The notes below the pieces were generated by a model, which saw only the letters and a program-made list of their open reading frames with translations, did not search any database and was not told the origin of the DNA. The translations under genes and the position numbers were made by a program. Positions 20,304 to 29,409 of a stretch of DNA of 64,000 bases are shown here, one piece after another. Numbering within the stretch: position 1 is the stretch's first letter; the number at the start of each line of letters is the position of its first letter. This DNA is from a virus. Where the stretch lies: positions 1 through 64,000 of IMG/VR virus record IMGVR_UViG_3300000117_000009; one strand, 5' to 3'.

Positions 20304-21377
20304 ATGAACATATTAGAAGAAAAAATATATAAAACTACTTACCTTGATAAGTATAAAAAATACTTTAATTTCATAGATACTATTACAAATTCTTATTGCT
20401 TAGAAGATATACTACCTTTACACACTAAAAGTAGATTTATTAAAGATTTAAGCTTGTTAAAAGAAAAATGTAAGACTCTAGACTTAGAAAGTAATTTTAT
20501 ATCTTTAATACGCAAAAATAATTATTTTTTAGACTCACTCGCTAAGTCTAAAGTTAATATTATAACATACAAAGCATTTTTAGAAATAGAGAAGAATGAA
20601 AGTGTAAAAAATACGCTGAGATCTTTTAAACCAATAAAAGGTTATAGTAAAAAAATTTGCTATAATACACTAAGCAATGTAACAGGAAGATTAACAGTTA
20701 AAGATGGACCTAATATATTAACATTACCTAGAAAATATAGAAGTATACTAGATTCAAGATTTTGTCAAGGCAGCATTATTAGCATTGACTTTTCTTCTCT
20801 TGAGCCTAGACTATGTTTGAAGCTAAATGGTAAAGATGTACATCAAGATTTATATCAAGAAATAAATAATATATTAGATCTAAATTTAAATAGATCTGTT
20901 ATAAAAAGAGCAACAATATCAGTTTTATATGGCGCACATTATACTTCACTAAAAGATATTAGTGAAATAAAGTCTAAAGCTTTGTTTGACTGTATAAAGA
21001 ATTACTTTTGTTTAAACAATATATTAGAAATGTCAAAAAATATTGATAAGCACGGAATAAGAAGAAACTATGAAGGCAGACCTTTATGGAATCTTAAAGA
21101 AGAAAAAGATAATATATTAATAAATAATTACATACAGTCATCTGCTGTTGATATTGCCTTAAAATATTTTAGTAGTCTACCACAAATTTTAGATTTAGAG
21201 AAAGCAGTCCCGCTTTTTGTTCTACACGATGCAATGATATTTGATATACAAAGTAGTTATCTGGAAGAATTTAGACAGATAATTAGTCAAGGTTATGAAC
21301 ACGACAAATTAGGTAATTTTCCTTTAAAGATGGAAATATTTAATAATAAGAACCAAGGACTTGAAAATGAATATTAA
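20304..21377 (+). CDS. Minimal family A DNA polymerase (polymerase core only)
   Basis: TGRL..PN, motif A IDFSSLEPR, motif B RSVIKRATISVLYG, NNYIQSSAVD, motif C VLHDA. 357 aa, no exonuclease domains. Confidence 0.8.
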   Translation: MNILEEKIYKTTYLDKYKKYFNFIDTITNSYCLEDILPLHTKSRFIKDLSLLKEKCKTLDLESNFISLIRKNNYFLDSLAKSKVNIITYKAFLEIEKNESVKNTLRSFKPIKGYSKKICYNTLSNVTGRLTVKDGPNILTLPRKYRSILDSRFCQGSIISIDFSSLEPRLCLKLNGKDVHQDLYQEINNILDLNLNRSVIKRATISVLYGAHYTSLKDISEIKSKALFDCIKNYFCLNNILEMSKNIDKHGIRRNYEGRPLWNLKEEKDNILINNYIQSSAVDIALKYFSSLPQILDLEKAVPLFVLHDAMIFDIQSSYLEEFRQIISQGYEHDKLGNFPLKMEIFNNKNQGLENEY

Positions 21378-21615
21378 ATCACACGTATTACATCAAATTG
21401 CTGCTAACTACATTATAGGTCAAAATTTAAATGTTGAGATAAAAGGTAATGAAGAGCAAAAAAAATGCTTTAAAAATCTACTCGAAACATCTAGAGAACT
21501 TAAGATTATGTTAGATACGCAAGCCAGTATTAATGAAGTAACAAATTTAATCAACAAAAAGAAAAAACTAACTGAAGAATTTCAAAACTTAACCGGTATT
21601 ACCTGGAAACTTTAA
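21361..21615 (+). CDS. Hypothetical protein
   Basis: 84-aa ORF overlapping the polA end; part of the operon. Confidence 0.6.
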   Translation: MKMNIKSHVLHQIAANYIIGQNLNVEIKGNEEQKKCFKNLLETSRELKIMLDTQASINEVTNLINKKKKLTEEFQNLTGITWKL

Positions 21616-21624
21616 AGGAAATAA

Positions 21625-22230
21625 ATGTACAAAGAACGCGACGTTGAATCTTTATGGAAAAAATATAATAACCTACTAAAAGGACTTGAAAACGAAAACG
21701 TAGATAATCTAGTTGAATCCTGGGACCAAAGAATTATTATGTCTTCTTTTTCGCAAAGAGAAAAAGAACCTTTTTGTGGCATCGGTGGTCTAGTAGAATA
21801 TTCGCTAGAACTAGCAAAAGCGTCTAACAATATATCTAAAGCACTAAATTACGATACAAATAAGTCATCTATTATTAAATGCTGCCTCCTATCAACATTA
21901 GGAAGAGTAGGAACTTTAACAGAAGACAGATACGTTGAATGTCAATCAGACTGGCACAAAGAAAAACTCGGCCAGTATTATGACTGGAACGAGTCATGCC
22001 CAAAATATCAAGTAAATGACATGACACTTTTTATTCTTCAGTCATTCAAAGTTTATCTTACTTGGGACGAGTGGCAAGCAATATCTTTAATTAAGGACAT
22101 GACTTCTGAAGACAATAAATTCTATAATATGCATAAAAGTCGTTTGTCTTTAGTTCTACAGCTTGCACATGAATCTGTTATGAAAGATGAAAAAGATAAA
22201 ATAGACGGAGTATATACATCGCCGTTTTAA
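21625..22230 (+). CDS. HD-domain (YhaM-like) fold protein lacking metal ligands
   Basis: GGLVEYSL (cf. GGLxxHSL), CLLSTLGRVG (cf. LLHDLGKVG), SDWHKEKLG, LQLAHE (cf. LHxAD). Confidence 0.6.
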   Translation: MYKERDVESLWKKYNNLLKGLENENVDNLVESWDQRIIMSSFSQREKEPFCGIGGLVEYSLELAKASNNISKALNYDTNKSSIIKCCLLSTLGRVGTLTEDRYVECQSDWHKEKLGQYYDWNESCPKYQVNDMTLFILQSFKVYLTWDEWQAISLIKDMTSEDNKFYNMHKSRLSLVLQLAHESVMKDEKDKIDGVYTSPF

Positions 22231-22260
22231 TAAATATATAATATAAAACAAGGTGGTTGT

Positions 22261-23904
22261 ATGCAAGACATATATCAAAAAGTAATCGAAAAGCTTTTAC
22301 ATGAGTTTAGTTCTATGGGCGGAGGTGCTGTTGGAGGTGTTTCTACTCCTCTTGGCACAGGACCACAAGCTGGTGTAGGTAAAAAAAGCGTGTATAAAAA
22401 GTCTACGGCAACGGATAAAAAACATAGGTCAAAAGGCAAAAAGAAAAAGACAAGAGTAAAGTCAGTCCAGTGGTATCTTAAGCGTGGCGGGGAAAAAGGT
22501 AGAAAAAGATCTTTAAAAGAAAGCTTTAATTTTCTTTTTGAAGCTAGGACACCTCAGCTAGAAAATATTTCTAAAGATCAACTTTTAGCTTTTATAGAAC
22601 ATATGTTAGGTAATGCTGTCGAAGGCTACCAAATAAGTATGACAGAAAAGTTTAGTGGTCAGCACGTTTCAGTTTTAGTAGGTCCAGAGCTTTACAAAAA
22701 AGACAAGAAAACAAATAAAATTATAAATACAGGTCCACAAGTTTTTATTGCGACAAAAAAATCTTTTGACAAAGCAAAGTCTGATAGATTAGAGAAAGGT
22801 TTATCAGTATCCAATGTTGATATTATGAAAACAAAATATAGTGACATCCTTACATACGATGAGTTTAAAACATCTAAATATCGAAGACATGCAGGATATA
22901 ACTGGTATCTATTTTTAAACAGATCAGGCGCTTCTCGTAGCATTTATAATGCATTTAAATATTCTTATCCACACAAAATGCCAAAAGGAACTTACAAATA
23001 TTTTGGAGTTGAATCACTCAAGTCAGATGATAGAAAAGGTGACTATATATCGTACAGCATACCTGGCAGAAAAGAATACGCTGTCGTATATTCAGGAGAC
23101 TTTACTGAGACTGATGCTGTAGCAATGACAAATCCAAAATATAATATTTACTTTATGGGCCCAGAACAAGCTGTAAGACTACCAGAAATTACTCAAGAAT
23201 TTATTGATACACTTTCGACTTTAAAGCAACAAATTCAAGATCATTCGTCTGGTTCATTTAAGAAATTTGTTACAGAAAATATAAAACCACAGTTGACTGA
23301 ATTAATTATGACTTCTTTAAGCGGATCTTTAATTGCACCTAATTCTCCTTTTGAAGGTCTTTTTGTTTCCATTAAAGATCAAACAGGATTTAAAATACCT
23401 AATCCGTCTTATGGTGATTTACAAAGAATTCAAGCACCATTTGCTGCAGCATTTGAGTATAAATCAGTTGATCTTAGATCAGCATCACAAAGTTTACTTG
23501 AAGTTGCTGAAGCAATTAAAATGCAAGATATAACTTTAACTACTAGTGATCAAATAAAAAAGAATTCTACAGGTTACAATATCTTAAATTATGCAGTTAC
23601 ACTTGGTAATATATCATTAAGGTCTGGTTTAAGAGTTTTCTTTACACCTGAAAGCTTTCAGTCATTTACTAACGACATAGTAAGTTTAATAAACAATCCA
23701 AATAAAGGTCTGGCTAGTAAAATTATAAAAACAATGGCATCTTCAGTTCAACGCAATTTTAGCTGGCATGTTGTTAAGTCTGACGACAATTATAACAACC
23801 CAGATATTACAACTATAACGCAAGCTTTTGATGACTTATGTTCTAAGATAGATGTATTAAAAATATATAAAAAACAAAAAGCAAAAGAAGAAATAGAGTT
23901 ATAA
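22261..23904 (+). CDS. Hypothetical protein, probable ATP-dependent ligase/nucleotidyltransferase fold with N-terminal leader
   Basis: MTEKFSG (motif I KxDG variant), FEGLFV (motif IV), GFKI (motif V), in the expected order. Confidence 0.45.
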   Translation: MQDIYQKVIEKLLHEFSSMGGGAVGGVSTPLGTGPQAGVGKKSVYKKSTATDKKHRSKGKKKKTRVKSVQWYLKRGGEKGRKRSLKESFNFLFEARTPQLENISKDQLLAFIEHMLGNAVEGYQISMTEKFSGQHVSVLVGPELYKKDKKTNKIINTGPQVFIATKKSFDKAKSDRLEKGLSVSNVDIMKTKYSDILTYDEFKTSKYRRHAGYNWYLFLNRSGASRSIYNAFKYSYPHKMPKGTYKYFGVESLKSDDRKGDYISYSIPGRKEYAVVYSGDFTETDAVAMTNPKYNIYFMGPEQAVRLPEITQEFIDTLSTLKQQIQDHSSGSFKKFVTENIKPQLTELIMTSLSGSLIAPNSPFEGLFVSIKDQTGFKIPNPSYGDLQRIQAPFAAAFEYKSVDLRSASQSLLEVAEAIKMQDITLTTSDQIKKNSTGYNILNYAVTLGNISLRSGLRVFFTPESFQSFTNDIVSLINNPNKGLASKIIKTMASSVQRNFSWHVVKSDDNYNNPDITTITQAFDDLCSKIDVLKIYKKQKAKEEIEL

Positions 23905-23924
23905 AAATAAAAAATAAATTTGAT

Positions 23925-23953
23925 GTGTAAAAATTAAAAACATATAATATAAT
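23925..23953 (+). promoter_or_regulatory. Early/middle promoter GTGTAAA-N16-TATAAT upstream of ssb-recA operon
   Basis: Same motif and spacing recur at 35500 and 37278, and with N17 at 49580 and 50615. Confidence 0.75.
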
Positions 23954-24042
23954 GGTATCACAATTGGTGATCAAAACAAATTAAAAAAATAACAAATAAC
24001 CAATTAAACATTTAAATAAATACTATGAAAGGTATTAAACAT

Positions 24043-24828
24043 ATGGCTATTGATATGAACGCTATTCGTAAGAAGCTTGGACAACTAAGTGGTCAAAATT
24101 CAAAGAAAAATACAATGTGGCGACCTGAAGAAGGTTCTGAAACAACTGTTCGCTTGCTTGCGTATCCAAACAATGACGGACAGCCTTTTAAGGAACTAAT
24201 GTTTTATTATAACATTGGCAACAACCCGGGTCTTCTTGCACCATACCAGTTTACTAAACCAGACCCTATTCAAGAACTTATTACAAAGTTACGTGATGAA
24301 GGCACTAAAGAATCTTATGAACTAGCAAAGAAGCTCTATCCAAAAATGAGATGTTATGCTCCTGTTATCGTTAGAGGTGAGGAAGAAAAAGGTGTAAGAC
24401 TTTGGGCTTTTGGAAAAACTGTATACCAGACATTACTAAACTATATGCTTGACGAAGACTATGGTGACATTACAGACCCTATTGAAGGACGTGATGTTAG
24501 AATAAGCTGTTCGAAAAATCCAGGACAACAGTGGGCAACAACAGATGTTAGGCCTCGTGGTAAAGACTCACCTCTTTCAGAAGATGCAGATCAAAGCAAG
24601 AAATGGCTTGATAATATTCCTGATGTTAATGATCTTTTTGAGTTAAAGACGTATGAAGAACTTGAAAGCATTGTTAATAACTGGCTCAATGAAGACGAAG
24701 ACGACAGTAAGATAGAAACAACCCGAGGTGGATTTAATAATAACATCAAGACAGATGATTCTCCAGATGCAATCAATGGCAAATACAAGAGTCTTGACGA
24801 TGCGTTCGCTGATTTGGATTCTCTATAA
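24043..24828 (+). CDS. Single-stranded DNA-binding protein (gp32-like)
   Basis: WRPEEG, VRLLAY, GVRLWAFGKTVYQ, DYGDITDPIEGRD, acidic tail ending DDAFADLDSL. RBS GAAAGGT before ATG 24043. Confidence 0.85.
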   Translation: MAIDMNAIRKKLGQLSGQNSKKNTMWRPEEGSETTVRLLAYPNNDGQPFKELMFYYNIGNNPGLLAPYQFTKPDPIQELITKLRDEGTKESYELAKKLYPKMRCYAPVIVRGEEEKGVRLWAFGKTVYQTLLNYMLDEDYGDITDPIEGRDVRISCSKNPGQQWATTDVRPRGKDSPLSEDADQSKKWLDNIPDVNDLFELKTYEELESIVNNWLNEDEDDSKIETTRGGFNNNIKTDDSPDAINGKYKSLDDAFADLDSL

Positions 24829-24843
24829 AGAAAGCGTGTATAA

Positions 24844-25347
24844 ATGAAATATTTGTTGTTTACACTACTTTTGTTTTTGAATGCATCATGCGGTTCTTCT
24901 AATGACACTTTAAATATGCCAAAGTGGGTAACTTCTCAGCCTGCTTTATGTGGAGTAGGTATCCATAAGAAAAGAGGCAATTTAGGATCCGACAGGACTT
25001 TTTCTGTTGCTAAAGGTAGACTTGATTTAGGAAAAAAGCTAGAAACAAAAATCATGTCTATGATAAAATTCTATGAAGAAACAGGAGAAGTCGACTCTGA
25101 AAATTTTACAGAAGAACTAGCTAGAGCAACTTCAATAAGTTTATCAAAAACAGTCGTAAATGGTTCTAATCCAGATAGCGTAACTGAAGACAGACTTTAT
25201 GTCTATTCTTTAGTATGTTTAGATGCTAAATCTTTAACAGATGCAATCAGTCAGATGAATACTTTAAGTCAAGAGCAAAAAAAAGCTTTATCAAGAAGGG
25301 CACAATCAGCTCAAAAAGAGTTATCTGAATATATCGAAAATTATTAA
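24844..25347 (+). CDS. Lipoprotein, LPP20-like
   Basis: Signal peptide II with lipobox (MKYLLFTLLLFLNASC), then PKWV, CGVG, A..GR..L pattern. Confidence 0.7.
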   Translation: MKYLLFTLLLFLNASCGSSNDTLNMPKWVTSQPALCGVGIHKKRGNLGSDRTFSVAKGRLDLGKKLETKIMSMIKFYEETGEVDSENFTEELARATSISLSKTVVNGSNPDSVTEDRLYVYSLVCLDAKSLTDAISQMNTLSQEQKKALSRRAQSAQKELSEYIENY

Positions 25348-25368
25348 TTTAGAAAGTTATTTAACGTA

Positions 25369-26568
25369 ATGGCAAAAGCTAAAAAAAAAGAAGAGCTGGA
25401 TGATTTTACATCTGACTTAATTAAGTCTTTAAACAAGGAAAGAGGCTCTAGAGTAGCTTATAACCTTAGTACAGATGAGTCTCCTACACATGTTAAAAGG
25501 TGGATAAGCACTGGGTCTAAACAGTTAGACTATATTATTTCAAATCAAAAAGATGGTGGTTTACCTGAAGGTCGAATTGTAGAAATATTTGGTCCGCCTT
25601 CTATTGGTAAATCTCACATCGCAACGCAGATTGCAAAGTCTACTCAAAAAATGGGTGGAATTGTAGTTTATATTGATACAGAAAATGCAACGTCAGTAGA
25701 AAATCTTAGAATGCTAGGAGTTGACATTACAAGGAGATTTGTATATGTTGATACACATTGCACAGAAGAAGTACTTTCTATTGCAGAGTCTACCATTATT
25801 AAAGCAAAAGCTATGGATAAAGACGTACCAGTTACCATTATATGGGATTCTGTTGCAGCAACTAGTCCTAAAGCAGAACTAGTAGGTGATTATGATAAGG
25901 AGAGTATTGGACTTCAAGCTAGAGCTATTTCAAAGGGTATGCGAAAAATCACAGGTGTTATTGCTAACGAAAAAGTACTTATGGTTTGCTTAAATCAGAT
26001 TAGGACAAAAGTTGGCGTTTTGTATGGTGATCCAACAACTACTCCAGGAGGAATGGCGATACCGTTTCACAGCTCAGTTAGAATTAAATTAGGCGCTGGC
26101 TCTCAAATTTTAAATAAAGAAAAAGAGCCGATCGGTATTAATGTGTCTGCAAAGACAATCAAAAATAAAGTATCAGCGCCCTTTAGAACATGCAACTTTG
26201 AGATTCATTTTGGTAAAGGTATTAAAGAACATGAACAAATGTTTGATTTGTTAAGAAAACACGGGCCTGAAGAAATTGACAACTATCACATTGAAGTTGC
26301 TGGTAATGGAGCATGGAAGAATTTACAAGTTTCTACGTTAGACTCTGGTGAAGTTATTGTAGATAAAAAGTTTTATAAAGCAGACTTCGATCAAATAGTT
26401 TCTCACCCAGAATTCGGTCAATATGTCAATATGCTGCTAGAAAAAGCAATGATCAGAAAAAACCAGACAGATGAACTTGATATCGATCATGAAAGTTATT
26501 CTGACATTAAAGCAGTGCATGATCATATTATAGAAGCACACTCAGAAGCATTTGAAATGTTAAAGTAA
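25369..26568 (+). CDS. recA: RecA/UvsX recombinase
   Basis: ISTGSKQLD, GGLPEGRIVEIFGPPSIGKS, IDTENA, WDSVAA, LNQIR, TTPGGMA, KNKVSAPF. Confidence 0.96.
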   Translation: MAKAKKKEELDDFTSDLIKSLNKERGSRVAYNLSTDESPTHVKRWISTGSKQLDYIISNQKDGGLPEGRIVEIFGPPSIGKSHIATQIAKSTQKMGGIVVYIDTENATSVENLRMLGVDITRRFVYVDTHCTEEVLSIAESTIIKAKAMDKDVPVTIIWDSVAATSPKAELVGDYDKESIGLQARAISKGMRKITGVIANEKVLMVCLNQIRTKVGVLYGDPTTTPGGMAIPFHSSVRIKLGAGSQILNKEKEPIGINVSAKTIKNKVSAPFRTCNFEIHFGKGIKEHEQMFDLLRKHGPEEIDNYHIEVAGNGAWKNLQVSTLDSGEVIVDKKFYKADFDQIVSHPEFGQYVNMLLEKAMIRKNQTDELDIDHESYSDIKAVHDHIIEAHSEAFEMLK

Positions 26569-26570
26569 AA

Positions 26571-27536
26571 ATGATAAACAAGCCAATAATTTATATTGAT
26601 GGCTTAAATGTTTTTATGAGACACTTTGCAGCAAACCCGACAAAGTCTTTACACGGTAATCTATGTGGAGGCATTGTCGGGTTTTTGCGTAATATAGAAC
26701 ATTTAGCAGCCAAATTTAAACCACAGAAAATTATAGTTGCTTGGGAAGCAGGAGGCTCTGCTAGGAGAAGAGCAATTGATCCAGACTACAAAGAAGGCAG
26801 AAGACCAGTAAAGCTTAATAGAAGTACATACTACAGTGATATACCAGATACAGCAGAAAACAGAGACAATCAATTAAAAATATTAATTGAAATTCTTTAT
26901 GAAACACCTGTTACACAAGTATATGTAAGTGATTGTGAAGCTGATGATGTAATTGCTTACTTAGTTAAAACACAAAAAAATAATTTTAAAAAAATAATTG
27001 TTACTTCTGATAAAGATTATTACCAATTATTAGATGAAAATACTCAAATTTGGTCGCCTAATAAAAAACAATTAATTGATGAAAAATATGTATTAGACAA
27101 ATGGAGTATTCCATCACAAAACTTTTGTCTTGTAAGATGTTTTGCAGGAGATTCTAGTGATGGAATTAAAGGAATTAAAGGTGCAGGTATAAAATCTATG
27201 CTTAAAAGATTTCCAGAGTTAACACAGAAAGAAGACCTAACAATAAGTGATATAATTAATGAATCAAACAAAAAAGTAAAATCAGGTTGTAAAATAAAGC
27301 TTATTGATAATATAATAAACAATGAAAATCTACTTAAAAAAAATTGGAAATTGATGTATCTGGACTCTGCAATGTTGAGTGCTGATCAAATTAAAAAAAT
27401 AAACTATCAAGTTCAAAACAAAGATTTAAAAACTGATAAACTTAAGCTTCTAAAAATTTTAAATAGAGAAGGCCTTAATTTTTTTAATATACATACTTTT
27501 TTAATATCAATAAAATCATGTCTAAGGAATAACTAA
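26571..27536 (+). CDS. 5'-3' exonuclease / flap endonuclease (T4 RNase H-like)
   Basis: IDGLN, YKEGR, EADDVIA, TSDKDYYQL, GDSSDGIKGIKGAG. Confidence 0.93.
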   Translation: MINKPIIYIDGLNVFMRHFAANPTKSLHGNLCGGIVGFLRNIEHLAAKFKPQKIIVAWEAGGSARRRAIDPDYKEGRRPVKLNRSTYYSDIPDTAENRDNQLKILIEILYETPVTQVYVSDCEADDVIAYLVKTQKNNFKKIIVTSDKDYYQLLDENTQIWSPNKKQLIDEKYVLDKWSIPSQNFCLVRCFAGDSSDGIKGIKGAGIKSMLKRFPELTQKEDLTISDIINESNKKVKSGCKIKLIDNIINNENLLKKNWKLMYLDSAMLSADQIKKINYQVQNKDLKTDKLKLLKILNREGLNFFNIHTFLISIKSCLRNN

Positions 27537-27539
27537 TAA

Positions 27540-28916
27540 ATGAGTCAAGATAGAAATTTTTCTAAATTTGGAAAGCCTTTTCAAGAAAAAGTTTTTCAAA
27601 GTATGCTAACTGATATTAACTGGTCAGCTCAAATGATTGAGGTTGTAAGCCCAGATTATTTTGATCTAAAGTACCTTTCTTTTTTGTGTGGAAAGTATTT
27701 TTCTTATTATCAAAAATATAAGACGTTTCCTACTTTAGCAATTCTTATTACTATTATTAAAGAAGATCTCTCAAGGTCAAAAGATGCTGTTTTAAGAGAT
27801 CAAATTATAGAATATTTACACAGAATGAAAACAAACCCAGATGTTGGTGATCTTCAATATGTAAAAGATAAGTCTCTAGAGTTTTGTAAGCGTCAAGCCT
27901 TTAGGGACGCACTTGAGCAAAGTGTTGAACTAATTCAAACAGAAAAATATGAGTCTGTAATTAAAATTATGAAAGAAGCAATATCAGTAGGAATGCCAAA
28001 TACTGCAGGCCACAATTTCTTTGATGATATTGAAGCAAGATTTGTACAGATTAATCGACAAGTTTGTCCGACAGGACTAGATAGGATTGATGCTCCGGAT
28101 ATTCTTCGAGGAGGACTTGGCCGAGGAGAGTTAGGTGTAGTTGCAGCAAATACAGGTGTAGGCAAATCTCACTTTTTAGTTGCAATGGGCTGTGCAGCAA
28201 TGAGAGCAGGCAAAAACGTAATCCACTATACATTTGAGCTTTCAGAACATGAAACAGGTAAAAGATATGATTCTCATCTTTGTCATATTCCTTCAAACGA
28301 AGTTATTGAAAGAAAAAGTGAAGTTATTAACAAATACAAAGAAATGGATCTTGGGAAGCTTATTATTAAAGAATACGCAACAGGTTCAGCTTCTGTAATG
28401 ACTTTAAGAAACCATATTGAAAAATTAACCTTAAAAGGTTTTAAGCCAAGCCTAGTAACAGTCGACTACGCTGATGTAATGAAGTCGTCAAAAGCATATG
28501 ATTCTTTAAGGCACGAGCTAAAATTAATCTACACAGAACTTAGAAATCTTGCTGTTGATTTGCAAATACCAATTTGGACAGCTTCACAAGCGAACAAAGA
28601 TTCGTCAAAATCTGATATTGTAGGATTAGAAAATTTAGGTGAGTCTTACGGTAAAGCACAAGTTGCTGATGTTGTTTTGTCAATTAGTAGAAAGCCAATG
28701 GAGAAGTCAACTGGCGGAGGCAGAATATTTGTTGCAAAAAATCGTGCAGGTAGAGATGGTTTGCTATTTCCAATAAATATTGACACAGCACGTTCCAAAT
28801 TTGAAATTCTTGATGACACAGAGCTTAGCTTAAATGAAGCTGTGTCACAAGATAATCATACAATGAAAGAAAAGTTAAGAGAAAAATGGAAAGAGGTAAA
28901 TAAAAAAGATGATTGA
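27540..28916 (+). CDS. Replicative helicase (DnaB/gp41-like)
   Basis: Walker A AANTGVGKS, VDYAD, WTASQAN, AKNRAG. Confidence 0.93.
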   Translation: MSQDRNFSKFGKPFQEKVFQSMLTDINWSAQMIEVVSPDYFDLKYLSFLCGKYFSYYQKYKTFPTLAILITIIKEDLSRSKDAVLRDQIIEYLHRMKTNPDVGDLQYVKDKSLEFCKRQAFRDALEQSVELIQTEKYESVIKIMKEAISVGMPNTAGHNFFDDIEARFVQINRQVCPTGLDRIDAPDILRGGLGRGELGVVAANTGVGKSHFLVAMGCAAMRAGKNVIHYTFELSEHETGKRYDSHLCHIPSNEVIERKSEVINKYKEMDLGKLIIKEYATGSASVMTLRNHIEKLTLKGFKPSLVTVDYADVMKSSKAYDSLRHELKLIYTELRNLAVDLQIPIWTASQANKDSSKSDIVGLENLGESYGKAQVADVVLSISRKPMEKSTGGGRIFVAKNRAGRDGLLFPINIDTARSKFEILDDTELSLNEAVSQDNHTMKEKLREKWKEVNKKDD

Positions 28917-29394
28917 CATTTGTTTAATGGAGAGTTTAAGGTTTTCTTTAAAAGTAAATAATATCAATGTAAAAGATTACATTCCTGCATATAATGGAGA
29001 GAGTGCTGGTCTTGATTTGTTTAACGCCGGTGATAGAATAGTGATTTTACCACAATCAGTTGTTCCTAAAAATAATAAAATTCTTATTGGGACAGGATTG
29101 AAAATGAAAGTTCCAAAAGGATATGTAGCTTTAGTGCAAGAAAGAGGATCAATTACAAAAACCCCTCTAAAAGTAAGAGCAGGAGTTATTGACAGTGGTT
29201 ATACAGGTGAAGTTTTTGTTAATTTAATTAACACGGGCTCTGAAGAATATACACTTGATTCTAATGTCAAACTACCAGTCCAGGTTGTAGTTGTTAAATG
29301 TGATAACGAGTTTGAAATTGTTAGCGAAGAAGAATATTTAAACTTGTCTCGAAATTCTTCAAGAAAAGATGGAAAAGTCGGTAGTTCAGACTAA
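28909..29394 (+). CDS. dut: Trimeric dUTPase
   Basis: SAGLDL, ERGS, AGVIDSGYTGE, RKDGKVGSS. Confidence 0.9.
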   Translation: MIDICLMESLRFSLKVNNINVKDYIPAYNGESAGLDLFNAGDRIVILPQSVVPKNNKILIGTGLKMKVPKGYVALVQERGSITKTPLKVRAGVIDSGYTGEVFVNLINTGSEEYTLDSNVKLPVQVVVVKCDNEFEIVSEEEYLNLSRNSSRKDGKVGSSD

Positions 29395-29409
29395 AACAAG
29401 GAAATTAAT

